From positions 1-38,080 of the forward strand of contig JADHWK010000020.1 of assembly GCA_016783505.1 (NCBI GenBank): a stretch of 38,080 nt of DNA. Reading direction: 5' to 3'. This document shows, in pieces, positions 9,224-18,259 of this stretch (position 1 is its first letter; each line of letters starts with the position of its first letter). Below the pieces are notes generated by a model. The model was not told where the DNA came from. It made no database searches and saw nothing but the letters and a program-made list of their open reading frames with translations. The DNA comes from Candidatus Zhuqueibacterota bacterium. GTDB lineage: Bacteria > BS750m-G25. The translations under genes and the position numbers were made by a program.

Positions 9224-9529
9224 TTACCCAACGGCGACACCAATCAGGACAAACAAAATTGCCGTAGAGATGATCAGCAGGGAAAGGTTGCCCCTGAGTT
9301 TCTTTTCTTCCTTGTAAGAGGTGCCCATTCCCAGAATTTCCATCAGCGACACCGCCATCCCCACCCCAGTCCCGATCCCTACCACTACTCCCAAGATAGG
9401 GTTGATCTTACCAATCAAACTGAAAACAACGGCCACCACCAAACAGATGGGGATGGTAAAATTTCTCACCTTTTTTATGTTCATAAGAACCCTCAATTTT
9501 GATAAAGATTTATAATTGATAATTACCAA
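9224..9529 (-). CDS. Small membrane hypothetical protein (about 3 TM; likely start 9484)
   Basis: Hydrophobic segments separated by a basic loop; co-oriented with neighbours. Confidence 0.55.
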   Translation of the reverse strand: MVIINYKSLSKLRVLMNIKKVRNFTIPICLVVAVVFSLIGKINPILGVVVGIGTGVGMAVSLMEILGMGTSYKEEKKLRGNLSLLIISTAILFVLIGVAVG

Positions 9530-9636
9530 TTAACAGTAAGCAATCGGAACCTTTTAACTCAAGATATCATCTCATGAACCCTTACGGCAAAACTCTGCAT
9601 CAAGGTATCCATTTTCCTACATTGTTCCTTGCCAAT

Positions 9637-9664
9637 TGCCTACTGCATACTGCTTACTGCCTAC
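9637..9664 (+). repeat. Degenerate heptamer tandem repeat (TGCNTAC x4)
   Basis: tgcctac tgcatac tgcttac tgcctac. Confidence 0.75.
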
Positions 9665-10154
9665 TATTATTTTCACTCCTCTGGTCCGGTTTTTTTTTCT
9701 TTACAAAAAGAAGTAAAATTCCGACGAGGATCAAAAGAACCGGCCAAAGTTGTCCCCCCCATCCGGTAAAGGACAGAAAGATGACCCCACAGATGGAAAG
9801 AATAGTACCCGGCACCAGCAAACCTGATTCGTGGGGACCTAAGAAATACATTAGAAAAAACCCTAAGGCGGGGGCGAAGAGAAAGACAGGCCATAGGTAA
9901 ACCATCTGATCCCAACCGGTAAGGGCACAGTACAGAAATAATAAGCCCACTACCGTCAGCACCCCGGCGGGCATTAACAGACCGTATTCCTTAGTGTTCA
10001 TGAAAAAGCCCAGCCAAAATGCCAGAGCACACGCCAACACGAAAACCGGCCACAACTCAGCCATGGACACCAACCTAATGTTGGCCAAAAGCAATAGCAA
10101 TCCAATAACGATCAACAGACCACCAAAAAATACCTGAATCCGACGACGGTTCAT
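9654..10154 (-). CDS. LiaI/LiaF-like (DUF5668-like) membrane protein with repeated LWP motifs
   Basis: GGLLIVIGLLLLLAN...LWPV three times, GLLxPxG twice; strong RBS GAAAGGAG. Confidence 0.75.
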   Translation of the reverse strand: MNRRRIQVFFGGLLIVIGLLLLLANIRLVSMAELWPVFVLACALAFWLGFFMNTKEYGLLMPAGVLTVVGLLFLYCALTGWDQMVYLWPVFLFAPALGFFLMYFLGPHESGLLVPGTILSICGVIFLSFTGWGGQLWPVLLILVGILLLFVKKKKPDQRSENNSRQ

Positions 10155-10237
10155 GCTTCTCCTTTCGCAAAATAATTTTTTTCAACGACACATTCAATCC
10201 GCATGCAGGTCTCGAAGATCCGCAATTTATGTTCTCC

Positions 10238-10411
10238 CTAATTTTTATTAACTTTTTTCCCCAGCTTTTCTAAGACTCTTTCTACTTAATTGACAAAATT
10301 CTGGGTGTACTTTACAGCTTCTTTGGCGTAATTATTTATATTAACCACGTATTCTCCGTAACCACTTTTTTCACGGTCCCTTTTTGCTCTCATCAATAAT
10401 TTATACTTCAT
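10238..10411 (-). pseudogene. Probable HEPN-domain C-terminal remnant with internal stop
   Basis: MKYKLLMRAKRDREKSGYGEYVVNINNYAKEAVKYTQNFVN*VERVLEKLGKKVNKN*; resembles the HEPN C-terminal R..xDY / A.eAi..AeeFv..v helices. Confidence 0.5.
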
Positions 10412-10417
10412 TTTTTC

Positions 10418-11020
10418 CTATACCCAAGCAACTTCCCTTCCTTTTTCAAAGGCGTTCAGGTTGGCTCCTTCGGTCCCCTTGGGCACCCGCACTCGTATAA
10501 TCCTCCCCCACTCCTCATCTTTTAAGGATAAAAACGAGGACAAAGCCCCCAGCAGCAACGTATTGACTAACCGGGTATTTCCCAAGTCTTTAGCGATGGA
10601 TATGGCATCAATGGCTAACACGTTGTTCCCCGCCTTTTTCAACTGGCCCACAGGGTCCTCGGGATAGGAACCCTTTTTTGTGGCGACGATGGGCGGCACA
10701 ATCTTCTGTCTGTTAACGATTAACCTTCCATTTTCTTTTATATAATAGGCCCAACGCAAGGCTTCAGCCTCCTCGAAAGCCAGAACGACGTCGGCCTGTC
10801 CCCGTGGGATCAAGGGCGAATACACTTTTTTTCCAAATCGCACGTGGCTGGAGACTACCCCACCCCGCTGGGCCATACCGTGCACTTCACTTTTTTTCAC
10901 ATCATGGCCGCTGTTCACGGCTACCTGAGCGAGGATCTCGCTGGCCAGGATCACCCCCTGACCCCCCACCCCCACGATGAGCACATTCATTACCCCATTC
11001 TTCATCGAATCTTCTCCCAT
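10418..11020 (-). CDS. iorB: Indolepyruvate:ferredoxin oxidoreductase beta subunit
   Basis: GVGGQGVILAS, KKSEVHGMAQRGGVVSSHVRFG, NTLLLGALS. Confidence 0.95.
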   Translation of the reverse strand: MGEDSMKNGVMNVLIVGVGGQGVILASEILAQVAVNSGHDVKKSEVHGMAQRGGVVSSHVRFGKKVYSPLIPRGQADVVLAFEEAEALRWAYYIKENGRLIVNRQKIVPPIVATKKGSYPEDPVGQLKKAGNNVLAIDAISIAKDLGNTRLVNTLLLGALSSFLSLKDEEWGRIIRVRVPKGTEGANLNAFEKGREVAWV

Positions 11021-11073
11021 TTACGAAACCGTGAATTACAAGAAGGATGAAAATTCTATTTTCAGAGCCAAAC

Positions 11074-11171
11074 AATAGAACGTGGATAACACAGATGATA
11101 CTGATTCTCACGGATTAAATAAAGTAAAAATCTGTGCAAATCCGTCAAATCCGTGTTATCTGTGTTCTATT
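11074..11171. repeat. Long imperfect hairpin built of ACAGAT/ACGGAT...ATCCGT/ATCTGT units between iorA and iorB
   Basis: aatagaacgtggataacacagat... paired with ...aaatccgtgttatctgtgttctatt. Confidence 0.75.
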
Positions 11172-11224
11172 TCGGTCTTAGCTATAATTCAAGAAGAACC
11201 TCTTTCGGAATTTTTTGGGTGGAT

Positions 11225-13030
11225 TCATCCCACCGCTTCAATCACGTCAATCGGACATATTTGGGCGCATAGGTCGCAGCCAGTGCATAGGGATTCGTCA
11301 ATAATCGCTTTAGCCAGACCCTTGTCCGTCCTCTCTTCCGAGGCACTGATAGCCGGACAGCCTAATCGCAGGCAGGCGCCACAGCCGTTGCATTCCTCCA
11401 GATTTATCCGGTAAGGCTTTCCCCGGACTTTTTTCGGGAAAATGACACAGGGCCCCCGGCTGATGACCACCTTCAGTCCCGGAAGGATAACCGCCCTTTT
11501 CAAGGTCTCCAAAGTGGCGTTATAATCGTAGGGATCAACTGTAAACACCTGATCCACCCCGAGAGCCTTGGACAGGGCCCAAAAATCCACCGCCTTGGTC
11601 TTTTCCCCCATCAGAGTATTACCCGTGGCCGGATGATGCTGACCCCCGGTCATAGCTGTGATTCGATTGTCCATAATGATCACGGTGATGTTGCTCTTGT
11701 TGTATACCGCATCCAGCAGGGGGGTCATCCCGGAGTGCAAGAATGTGGAGTCCCCGATGACGGCCACCACCGGGGCCTTGGGGTTTACCACCCGTTCCAC
11801 CCCGATGGCATTGCCGATGGAAGCCCCCATGCAAATGCATGAATGCAAGGCTTCCAAAGGTGGAAGGGCCGCTAAGGTATAACAGCCAATGTCCCCTAAA
11901 ACGTCCGCCTTCAGCTTGTTCAACGCACAATATAGCCCCCGATGGGCGCATCCCGGGCAGAGAACAGGGGGTCTGGGGAACCCCCCCCCGGCTTTTTGAA
12001 CGGTTAAGTCCTCCTTGGTTAACCCCGAAAGAATACTCGCCCTGACCAGTCCTTCCTTTAGTTTTTCCGGGGTTAATTCTCCCTGATTGGGAACAAATTC
12101 CTTTCCCCGACAATGGATTCCGGCCCCCCTGATCTGCTCCTCCATGAAGGGCTCTAACTCTTCGATAACCAGCAGTTGATCCACCGAACGGGCGAATTTT
12201 TCTATTCTTTGAATGGGTAGGGGGTTGGAGAAACCAACCTTAAGATAGCTAGCATCCGGCAGCACTTCTTTAGCATAATTATAGGAGATACCCCCGGCGA
12301 CCACGCCCAGGCTTCGATCCCCCTCTTCAACCCGGTTCAAAGGGGTTTCTTCGGTAAACTTCCGTAACTTTTCCATTCGTTCTTCAACAACCTCGTGCCT
12401 TTTCCGGGCATAGATGGGCATCATTACATATTTAGTAACGTTTCTATCAAATCCGCTTACTGGGTACTCCTTTCGGGAACCCAGCTCTACTATTCCCTTT
12501 GAATGAGAAATCCGGGTAGTCAGCCTCAGCAAAACCGGGGTGTCAAACCGCTCGCTGATGTCCAGGGCAATACCCACGAAATCCTTGGCCTCCTGGCTGT
12601 CTGAGGGCTCCAGCATGGGAATCTTGGCGAACTTAGCGTAAAAGCGGTTATCCTGCTCGTTCTGGGAGGAGTGCATCCCCGGATCATCGGCGGAAACGAG
12701 CACAAACCCACCTTTTATCCCGGTGTAAGAAAAGGTCATCAGGGGATCGGCGGCCACGTTCACCCCTACGTGTTTCATGGCCACCAGGGTGCGGGCTCCG
12801 GCCATAGATCCTCCCATCCCTACCTCGAAGGCCACCTTTTCATTAGGTGACCATTGAGCATAAACACCGGGGAATTTGGCTAAATTTTCCAGAATTTCCG
12901 TACTTGGTGTCCCAGGATAGGCGGTCGCCAGCTGCACCCCGGCCTCTCTGGCACCGTGGGCCACCGCCTCATTTCCAGAAAGGAGCACCCTTACCTTCTC
13001 TCGATCCATCATTCTCTCCCAAATCTGCAT
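11225..13030 (-). CDS. iorA: Indolepyruvate:ferredoxin oxidoreductase alpha subunit (start probably 13012)
   Basis: LSGNEAVA, YPGTPSTE, NEKVA, KHVGVNVAADP, SSQNEQD, RPPVLCPGCAHR, GDIGC, GDSTFLHSG, two C-terminal ferredoxin motifs. Confidence 0.96.
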   Translation of the reverse strand: MQIWERMMDREKVRVLLSGNEAVAHGAREAGVQLATAYPGTPSTEILENLAKFPGVYAQWSPNEKVAFEVGMGGSMAGARTLVAMKHVGVNVAADPLMTFSYTGIKGGFVLVSADDPGMHSSQNEQDNRFYAKFAKIPMLEPSDSQEAKDFVGIALDISERFDTPVLLRLTTRISHSKGIVELGSRKEYPVSGFDRNVTKYVMMPIYARKRHEVVEERMEKLRKFTEETPLNRVEEGDRSLGVVAGGISYNYAKEVLPDASYLKVGFSNPLPIQRIEKFARSVDQLLVIEELEPFMEEQIRGAGIHCRGKEFVPNQGELTPEKLKEGLVRASILSGLTKEDLTVQKAGGGFPRPPVLCPGCAHRGLYCALNKLKADVLGDIGCYTLAALPPLEALHSCICMGASIGNAIGVERVVNPKAPVVAVIGDSTFLHSGMTPLLDAVYNKSNITVIIMDNRITAMTGGQHHPATGNTLMGEKTKAVDFWALSKALGVDQVFTVDPYDYNATLETLKRAVILPGLKVVISRGPCVIFPKKVRGKPYRINLEECNGCGACLRLGCPAISASEERTDKGLAKAIIDESLCTGCDLCAQICPIDVIEAVG

Positions 13031-13141
13031 CTTTACCTTACGATTGCTGGTGCCGTTTCAACTCTTTTTCGCTAAGGAATTCTCCCATACAGACGTTTTT
13101 GGATTGCACCGACCGTGTTGGTGCAAATATGAGTGCGATAA

Positions 13142-13162
13142 GCCTGCCTGCGGTAGGCAGGC
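13142..13162. repeat. CCTGCC...GGCAGG mini-hairpin
   Basis: gcctgcctgcggtaggcaggc; relatives at 2629-2654, 3955-3974 and 29748-29767. Confidence 0.7.
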
Positions 13163-13334
13163 GTCATACCACATGAAGCGACACACTTGCCTCTTAGACT
13201 TGCCTTTCGGGGGTCGCTTTACTCCAAGGTTAAATTTAGTTGATATTTGGTATTATTTACTAAGCTATTGTAAAAATTAAATTATGTCTTTTGAATCGTT
13301 TTTAGCAATTTGCAGCTTATACTGTTGACTTCTG

Positions 13335-13392
13335 TTTGGAGTGCATCGTCCGTGACGATGCATATGCATTGACATAGTCAATGCACTCCAAA
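13335..13392. repeat. REP-like branched palindrome TTTGGAGTGCA...TGCACTCCAAA
   Basis: 12-bp perfect outer inverted repeat overlapping two inner hairpins (tgcatcgtc/gacgatgca and tgcattgac/gtcaatgca). Confidence 0.75.
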
Positions 13393-13423
13393 ACGCGCTT
13401 TATTGGAAATCACAATAGTCTAG

Positions 13424-14353
13424 TTATTTAGTTAGAATGGTATTGGCGATCAGGACTGCCAGGGCAATGGAATTCAGTTTTCCCTCTATTCCCCACACCC
13501 ATGGGGTGAGGATAATAGGGCCCTTGCCCCCCACGATAAGCCCGGCTGATTTGGCCTTGGCAAAGATGAAAAGGGACTTATAGAGCCCATTCCCCACTCC
13601 GATATTGCTCGCTACGAGGATGTCCGCCTGACCGGCTACCTCACCCCCTATACCCTTTTCTTCTGCCGCCCGGGGAGACACCGCCACGTCCAGCGAGAGG
13701 GGACCGTCGAGGTAGGCATCCTTAATCTGACCCCGTTCGGCCATCTTGGCCACCACCGCCTCTTCCACGGTCGCTGGCATCGAAGGGTATACGGTCTCCA
13801 CAGCGGCCAGCAGGGCCACCCGGGGTGTTTCTACTTGCAGAACCCTGGCCACTCCAGCGGCGTTTGCAATGATCCGATTCATAGTCCCTAAATCGGGTTT
13901 TATGACCAGTTCTCCATCGGTGATCAGCAGGAGTCTGGAATAATCCGGCAATTCAAAAACCCCTATGTGAGATAGCAATTTGGGATCCATTTTTAATCCT
14001 AATTGACCCTGCCTAATCAGCCGAGCAAAGCCCCAGTTCTTCATTCCACCATTCATCAGGATTTCTGCTTCCCCGTCTGCCAACCGCTCGCCCCCCATCA
14101 TGCAACCTTTGATGGGATCGTCCTCATCAACGATTTCGAAATGTTCAACCGGTAGCTGATGCCTTTTCGCTAATTCCAGAATCCGGTTCCGGTTACCGAT
14201 CAAAATAGGTTGAATTATTCTTTCCTCGTATGCACGGTCAACGGCCTTCAAACTAATGGAATCCTCGGCGGCCGTCAACACCAACCTGAAAGGTCTTTTT
14301 TCGGAAGCTAAATCCTTGGCCCTTTCCAGAACCCCTTGAAAGTTAACCAACAT
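13424..14353 (-). CDS. Phosphate butyryltransferase-like protein, degenerate copy (start revised to ATG 14353)
   Basis: PTA_PTB motifs SHIGVF, ITDG, DGPLSLDVAV, GNGLYKS; lacks LMKG and SRxD; RBS GAGGGAGGGG just before 14353. Confidence 0.88.
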   Translation of the reverse strand: MLVNFQGVLERAKDLASEKRPFRLVLTAAEDSISLKAVDRAYEERIIQPILIGNRNRILELAKRHQLPVEHFEIVDEDDPIKGCMMGGERLADGEAEILMNGGMKNWGFARLIRQGQLGLKMDPKLLSHIGVFELPDYSRLLLITDGELVIKPDLGTMNRIIANAAGVARVLQVETPRVALLAAVETVYPSMPATVEEAVVAKMAERGQIKDAYLDGPLSLDVAVSPRAAEEKGIGGEVAGQADILVASNIGVGNGLYKSLFIFAKAKSAGLIVGGKGPIILTPWVWGIEGKLNSIALAVLIANTILTK

Positions 14354-15293
14354 GGAAAACCCCCTCCCTCTTGAGGTAGTCGGCGACCAGAAGACCGAGG
14401 GCAATTGAGGCCTTCTTACTGAGGCTGGAGTCCGTCCGGGAGACTAGTGAAACCGGAACCTTAGCCCCCACAATCACACCGGCGAAGATGGCCCCGGCGA
14501 AGAGTATCAGGGATTTGCTGATAATGTTGCCCTCCTCAATGGAGCTAACGACTATTACATCCGTATCCCCGGTGACCCCCCCTTGGATTCCCATATGCTC
14601 AGATGAAGAACGCTGGACGGCCTGATCAAAGGTCAGAGGACCGTCAATGAAAACATCCTTGATTTGACCCCGATCGGCCATCTTCGATAATACAGCCCCA
14701 TCCATACTCGCTGGCATCCCGGGATTAATTACATCCGTGGCCGCCAACAGGGTGATTTTTGGTTTGTTAATACCCAGGGCCCTGGATACTGTAATGGCAT
14801 TTTCAATGATCTCCAGTTTCTGTTCGAAGGATGGCTCAACCACCATTCCCCCATCGGTAATGTTCAACAATTTATGATAGGTGGGCACCGACAAAACAGC
14901 GCAGTGACTCAGGGTGTTTTTTACCTTTAGACCAAATGATTTATTCAAAACAGTCTTAAGAAGCATGGCGGTGCTCATGAATCCCTTCATCAATAGGTCG
15001 GCTTTTCCCTCAGCCACCGTTTGAACCGCAAGAAAAGCCGCTTCTTCAGTATCCTTAGCATGAATGACCTCAAATTTGTCGGCATTGATTTCAATTCGCT
15101 TACACAAATACCTAATGCGATCCTCATCCCCCACCAAGATGGTTCGGGCGATACCCTCGTCGTAGACCTCCCCGACGGCGGCCAAAACATCCCGATCCTG
15201 GGCATTAGCCACTACCACCGTCCATTTTTTCCGCCTACCAAGTTGCTTTACTTTTGAGATTATTTCATCGGCTGCCCTAATCATATAATCCAT
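14343..15293 (-). CDS. ptb: Phosphate butyryltransferase / phosphate acyltransferase (start 15293 or 15284, not 15389)
   Basis: DLLMKG, SHCAV, TDGG, DGPLTFD, GNIISKS, VSRTDS intact; starts just after the buk stop. Confidence 0.9.
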   Translation of the reverse strand: MDYMIRAADEIISKVKQLGRRKKWTVVVANAQDRDVLAAVGEVYDEGIARTILVGDEDRIRYLCKRIEINADKFEVIHAKDTEEAAFLAVQTVAEGKADLLMKGFMSTAMLLKTVLNKSFGLKVKNTLSHCAVLSVPTYHKLLNITDGGMVVEPSFEQKLEIIENAITVSRALGINKPKITLLAATDVINPGMPASMDGAVLSKMADRGQIKDVFIDGPLTFDQAVQRSSSEHMGIQGGVTGDTDVIVVSSIEEGNIISKSLILFAGAIFAGVIVGAKVPVSLVSRTDSSLSKKASIALGLLVADYLKREGVFHVG

Positions 15294-15297
15294 CCCT

Positions 15298-16371
15298 TTA
15301 AATATAATCTTTGATTTCTTCCTTCCCATCCAGGGCCCGAAATCCCCCTTCGGCCATGGCTTCCAACTCCTCTTCCCCGGGAAATACAAACAACTTCCCT
15401 AAGAAGGAGATGTAGGGCTCCAATTCTAAAACGATTTCTTGGCAATGGGTCATCCCCCCGGTGATAACAACCCCGTCTACCTGACCCTTCAGGACAGCTG
15501 CCATAGCCCCGATCTCCTTAGCGATCTGGTAAACCATTGCCCGAAAAATCCCCTTGGCCTTCTGATCCCCTTTTTTAATCCTTTCTACCACCTCGCTTAA
15601 GTCCCCGGTGCCCAGATAGGCCTTAAGCCCACCTTCCCTTGAGAGCAGGTCCAACAGCTCGTCTTTTTTATACTCGCCGGAAAAGGCCAGCTCTACCAAT
15701 CGCCCGATGGGCAAGGCCCCGGCCCGTTCCGGGGAAAAGGGCCCCATTCCCAGCAGGGCATCGTTGACATCAATGATCTTCCCTCCCCGGAGGGCGCAGA
15801 TGGATATTCCCCCGCCCAGATGGGCAACGACGAAATGAACGTCTTCAAGGAGCTTCCCTAACTGATTAGCCGCTTTTAGGGCGGTGGCTTTTATATTCAG
15901 GGCATGGGAGCGACTCTTTCTCTCGATCTGTGGTAATCCCGAAATCCTGGCTTCGGGAATGAAATCATCCACCGTTACCGGATCAACCACGTAGGCCGGA
16001 ACGTGGTAGTGGACTGCCATGCGGTCGGCTATTATAGCCCCCAGGTTGCTGGCGTGATCCGAATATTTGCAGCTTCCAAGGTCGTTTAGCATCCGCTCAT
16101 TGATGCGGTAAACGCCCCCGCTTAAGGGTTTTAAGGGGCCTCCCCGTCCTACAACCCCGACGACAGTAAGTCCATAAAGTTCAGGCTCCACGGCGGATTT
16201 GACACCAGAATATCGTAAGTCAAACTGGTCCACTACCCGGAGATAATTTCTCAGCTCTTCTTGGGGATGACGGATCGTTTTCTCAAATCGGCATCCCTGG
16301 CGGTCGAAGATCCCGATTTTGGTGGAGGTAGATCCGGGATTAACTACGAGCACAACTTCTTCAGCCATCAA
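15298..16371 (-). CDS. buk: Butyrate (branched-chain carboxylate) kinase
   Basis: VNPGSTSTK, VGRGG, HASNLG, DPVTVD, HALN, HLGGGIS, GPFSPERAG, PGEEE. Confidence 0.96.
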   Translation of the reverse strand: MMAEEVVLVVNPGSTSTKIGIFDRQGCRFEKTIRHPQEELRNYLRVVDQFDLRYSGVKSAVEPELYGLTVVGVVGRGGPLKPLSGGVYRINERMLNDLGSCKYSDHASNLGAIIADRMAVHYHVPAYVVDPVTVDDFIPEARISGLPQIERKSRSHALNIKATALKAANQLGKLLEDVHFVVAHLGGGISICALRGGKIIDVNDALLGMGPFSPERAGALPIGRLVELAFSGEYKKDELLDLLSREGGLKAYLGTGDLSEVVERIKKGDQKAKGIFRAMVYQIAKEIGAMAAVLKGQVDGVVITGGMTHCQEIVLELEPYISFLGKLFVFPGEEELEAMAEGGFRALDGKEEIKDYI

Positions 16372-16432
16372 AACCTCAGCAGATTAGACAAAACGGAGTG
16401 CAGAAGTTCTGCTTTTGTAATACAAATCTGGT

Positions 16433-17491
16433 TTATATCCTCCCCAATCTAGGATTGGGATTATACTTCCTCCCCACCTTGGCACAGGGTTGGCCGTTTA
16501 CCATCACCACGTCGGCGGTGAAATCCATCCTGTTCTGAAAAAGATAGGACCCCACCCCCACGGCATCGAAGGGCACCCTTTCGATCAAAAATTCTTTGAT
16601 TTTCTCCTCATTAAATCCCCCGCTGATGATGATCTTGACGAAATCGAACCCTTCCCGATCTAGCGCCCTACGGACGTTCCAGACCAGTTCCGGGCAAACC
16701 CCCTTGTTGTCCTCAATTTTGTTCTCTATGGAAACATCGTGGAGGTCCCCGGCGGTATCCAGCCTCACCCCCCACAGTCTTTCTTTCAGTGCCCGGGCTA
16801 CCTCCAGTGAAGTTTTAACGCTGTCGTTTTCAAAATCCACCAGGGCGATTCGTTTAACATCCTTCGGCATGTACTTGTCGAAGACCAGACATGCTTTGAC
16901 CGTATCCCCGCCGTAAGCGGCGATCAGCCCATGGGGAATGGTGCCGATCCCCTCCAGCCCCCACCAGGCGGCGTTGGCATCGGTGGAGACCCCCAAGGCC
17001 CCTGAGATAAAGGCGGCATACCCGTCCCCGGTCTGGAGGGAATAATGGTCAAAGCGGGCGGGAAAGAAGAGGACCATCTTGCCGGCCGCCGCATCCACCA
17101 CCCGTTTGACAGCAGTGGCCACCGCTGTCCGTCTGGCCAGCACCCCCAGATACACCGTCTCCAAATGAGCAAAGCTGGCGTAATCCCCTTCAATGGTCAT
17201 CACCGTCTCGTTTATGGAAACGGGGTCCCCATCGAATAGACCCATGATTTTCAACTGTTCTGAATGATTGGCACCGAGTCTTAAGATAACCGCCGCCTCA
17301 TCAATCCCGCAGACCACCCCGGCTTTGCGGGAAAAGACCTGCATCAAAACCCGTGGATGATGGTTATCCCTCGCCAGGATCTCCTTGGTGCGAACAAAGT
17401 ACTTGTCCGAATACCATCCCCGCCTGATCTTTTCCACCGGTAGTGCGAAAACCTCTGGCGGAAGGCGCCTGCCCCTTTCCCATTTTACCAT
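16433..17491 (-). CDS. pncB: Nicotinate phosphoribosyltransferase (short, QPRTase-like type)
   Basis: YSDKYF, LETVYLG, GTIPH (phospho-His position), LVDFEND, GVRLDT, SGGF, GVGS; adjacent to a nicotinamidase. Confidence 0.88.
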   Translation of the reverse strand: MVKWERGRRLPPEVFALPVEKIRRGWYSDKYFVRTKEILARDNHHPRVLMQVFSRKAGVVCGIDEAAVILRLGANHSEQLKIMGLFDGDPVSINETVMTIEGDYASFAHLETVYLGVLARRTAVATAVKRVVDAAAGKMVLFFPARFDHYSLQTGDGYAAFISGALGVSTDANAAWWGLEGIGTIPHGLIAAYGGDTVKACLVFDKYMPKDVKRIALVDFENDSVKTSLEVARALKERLWGVRLDTAGDLHDVSIENKIEDNKGVCPELVWNVRRALDREGFDFVKIIISGGFNEEKIKEFLIERVPFDAVGVGSYLFQNRMDFTADVVMVNGQPCAKVGRKYNPNPRLGRI

Positions 17492-17551
17492 AGGTTATTT
17501 AACCAGTTCTAAAGGCAGATTTTCGATGCTCACATCAATATGAGATCGTTT

Positions 17552-17681
17552 CAGTTTAGCTATGTGAAGTTGACAACGAATCGAGCAAATGTCCGACTAA
17601 TACCCGACTCAAAGTTTTTTTCTTCTCAGCCCCTCAGCCCCGTTTCTTCTCTGCTGTTTTTCAATTTCAGATGACTAACAG
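17552..17681. mobile_element. MITE-like element, copy B (inverted relative to copy A)
   Basis: cagtttagctatgtgaagttgacaacgaat matches the reverse complement of 2697-2726 (2 mismatches); ctctgctgtttttcaatttcagatgactaacag resembles the reverse complement of 2540-2573. Confidence 0.75.
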
Positions 17682-17686
17682 TTACA

Positions 17687-18208
17687 TTAAATCACCTTCG
17701 CCCCCAGGACCTTTTCCATTCGCTTCAGTGCGAACCGATGGGCTTCGGGATCGAAGTCGGCCACGGCATCTTTGTAGACGAACGTCGGAACATCCCGGTT
17801 GCGGAGATCGCTAACCGTTTCCATTAAACAGATAGAGGTACAGACCCCAAGGATATAGACTTCTATAATTCGCTCGTCTTTAAGAATTTTTTCCAAATTC
17901 GTGCCGTAGAAGCCGCTGTAGCGGCTTTTCTCTAGTTGATAATCATTATGGTCAACTTTTAGCTCATCAATGATCTTTGCCCCCTCAGTGCCCTTTACAC
18001 AGTGTTTGGTAAACATCCGAAATTCCAGGTCGTCCTCTTTATGGGAATCCCTTAGGAAAATGATGGTATCCCCATCTTTACGGTGTTTTTCTATCAACTC
18101 CCGAACCCTGGGAATGATCTTCCGGGATGATTCCCCGCAATATAGCGCTCCGTTAGCGTCAATGAAATCCTTCAGCATGTCTACGACTATCAAAGCTTTT
18201 TTTGACAT
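17687..18208 (-). CDS. pncA: Nicotinamidase / isochorismatase-family cysteine hydrolase
   Basis: VVDMLKDF, DSH, HC, KSRYSGF, GVCTSICL (Asp-Lys-Cys triad and metal ligands). Confidence 0.88.
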   Translation of the reverse strand: MSKKALIVVDMLKDFIDANGALYCGESSRKIIPRVRELIEKHRKDGDTIIFLRDSHKEDDLEFRMFTKHCVKGTEGAKIIDELKVDHNDYQLEKSRYSGFYGTNLEKILKDERIIEVYILGVCTSICLMETVSDLRNRDVPTFVYKDAVADFDPEAHRFALKRMEKVLGAKVI

Positions 18209-18259
18209 CTGGACCCCCCCATATACTTTTATGACAATTCTTCAAATAGTTCTTTGGGC

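Noticed and set aside
14354-15389. Long N-terminal extensions of the two ptb ORFs given in the ORF track
   Set aside because: They overlap upstream genes; better starts with RBS or tight coupling are at 14353 and 15293/15284.
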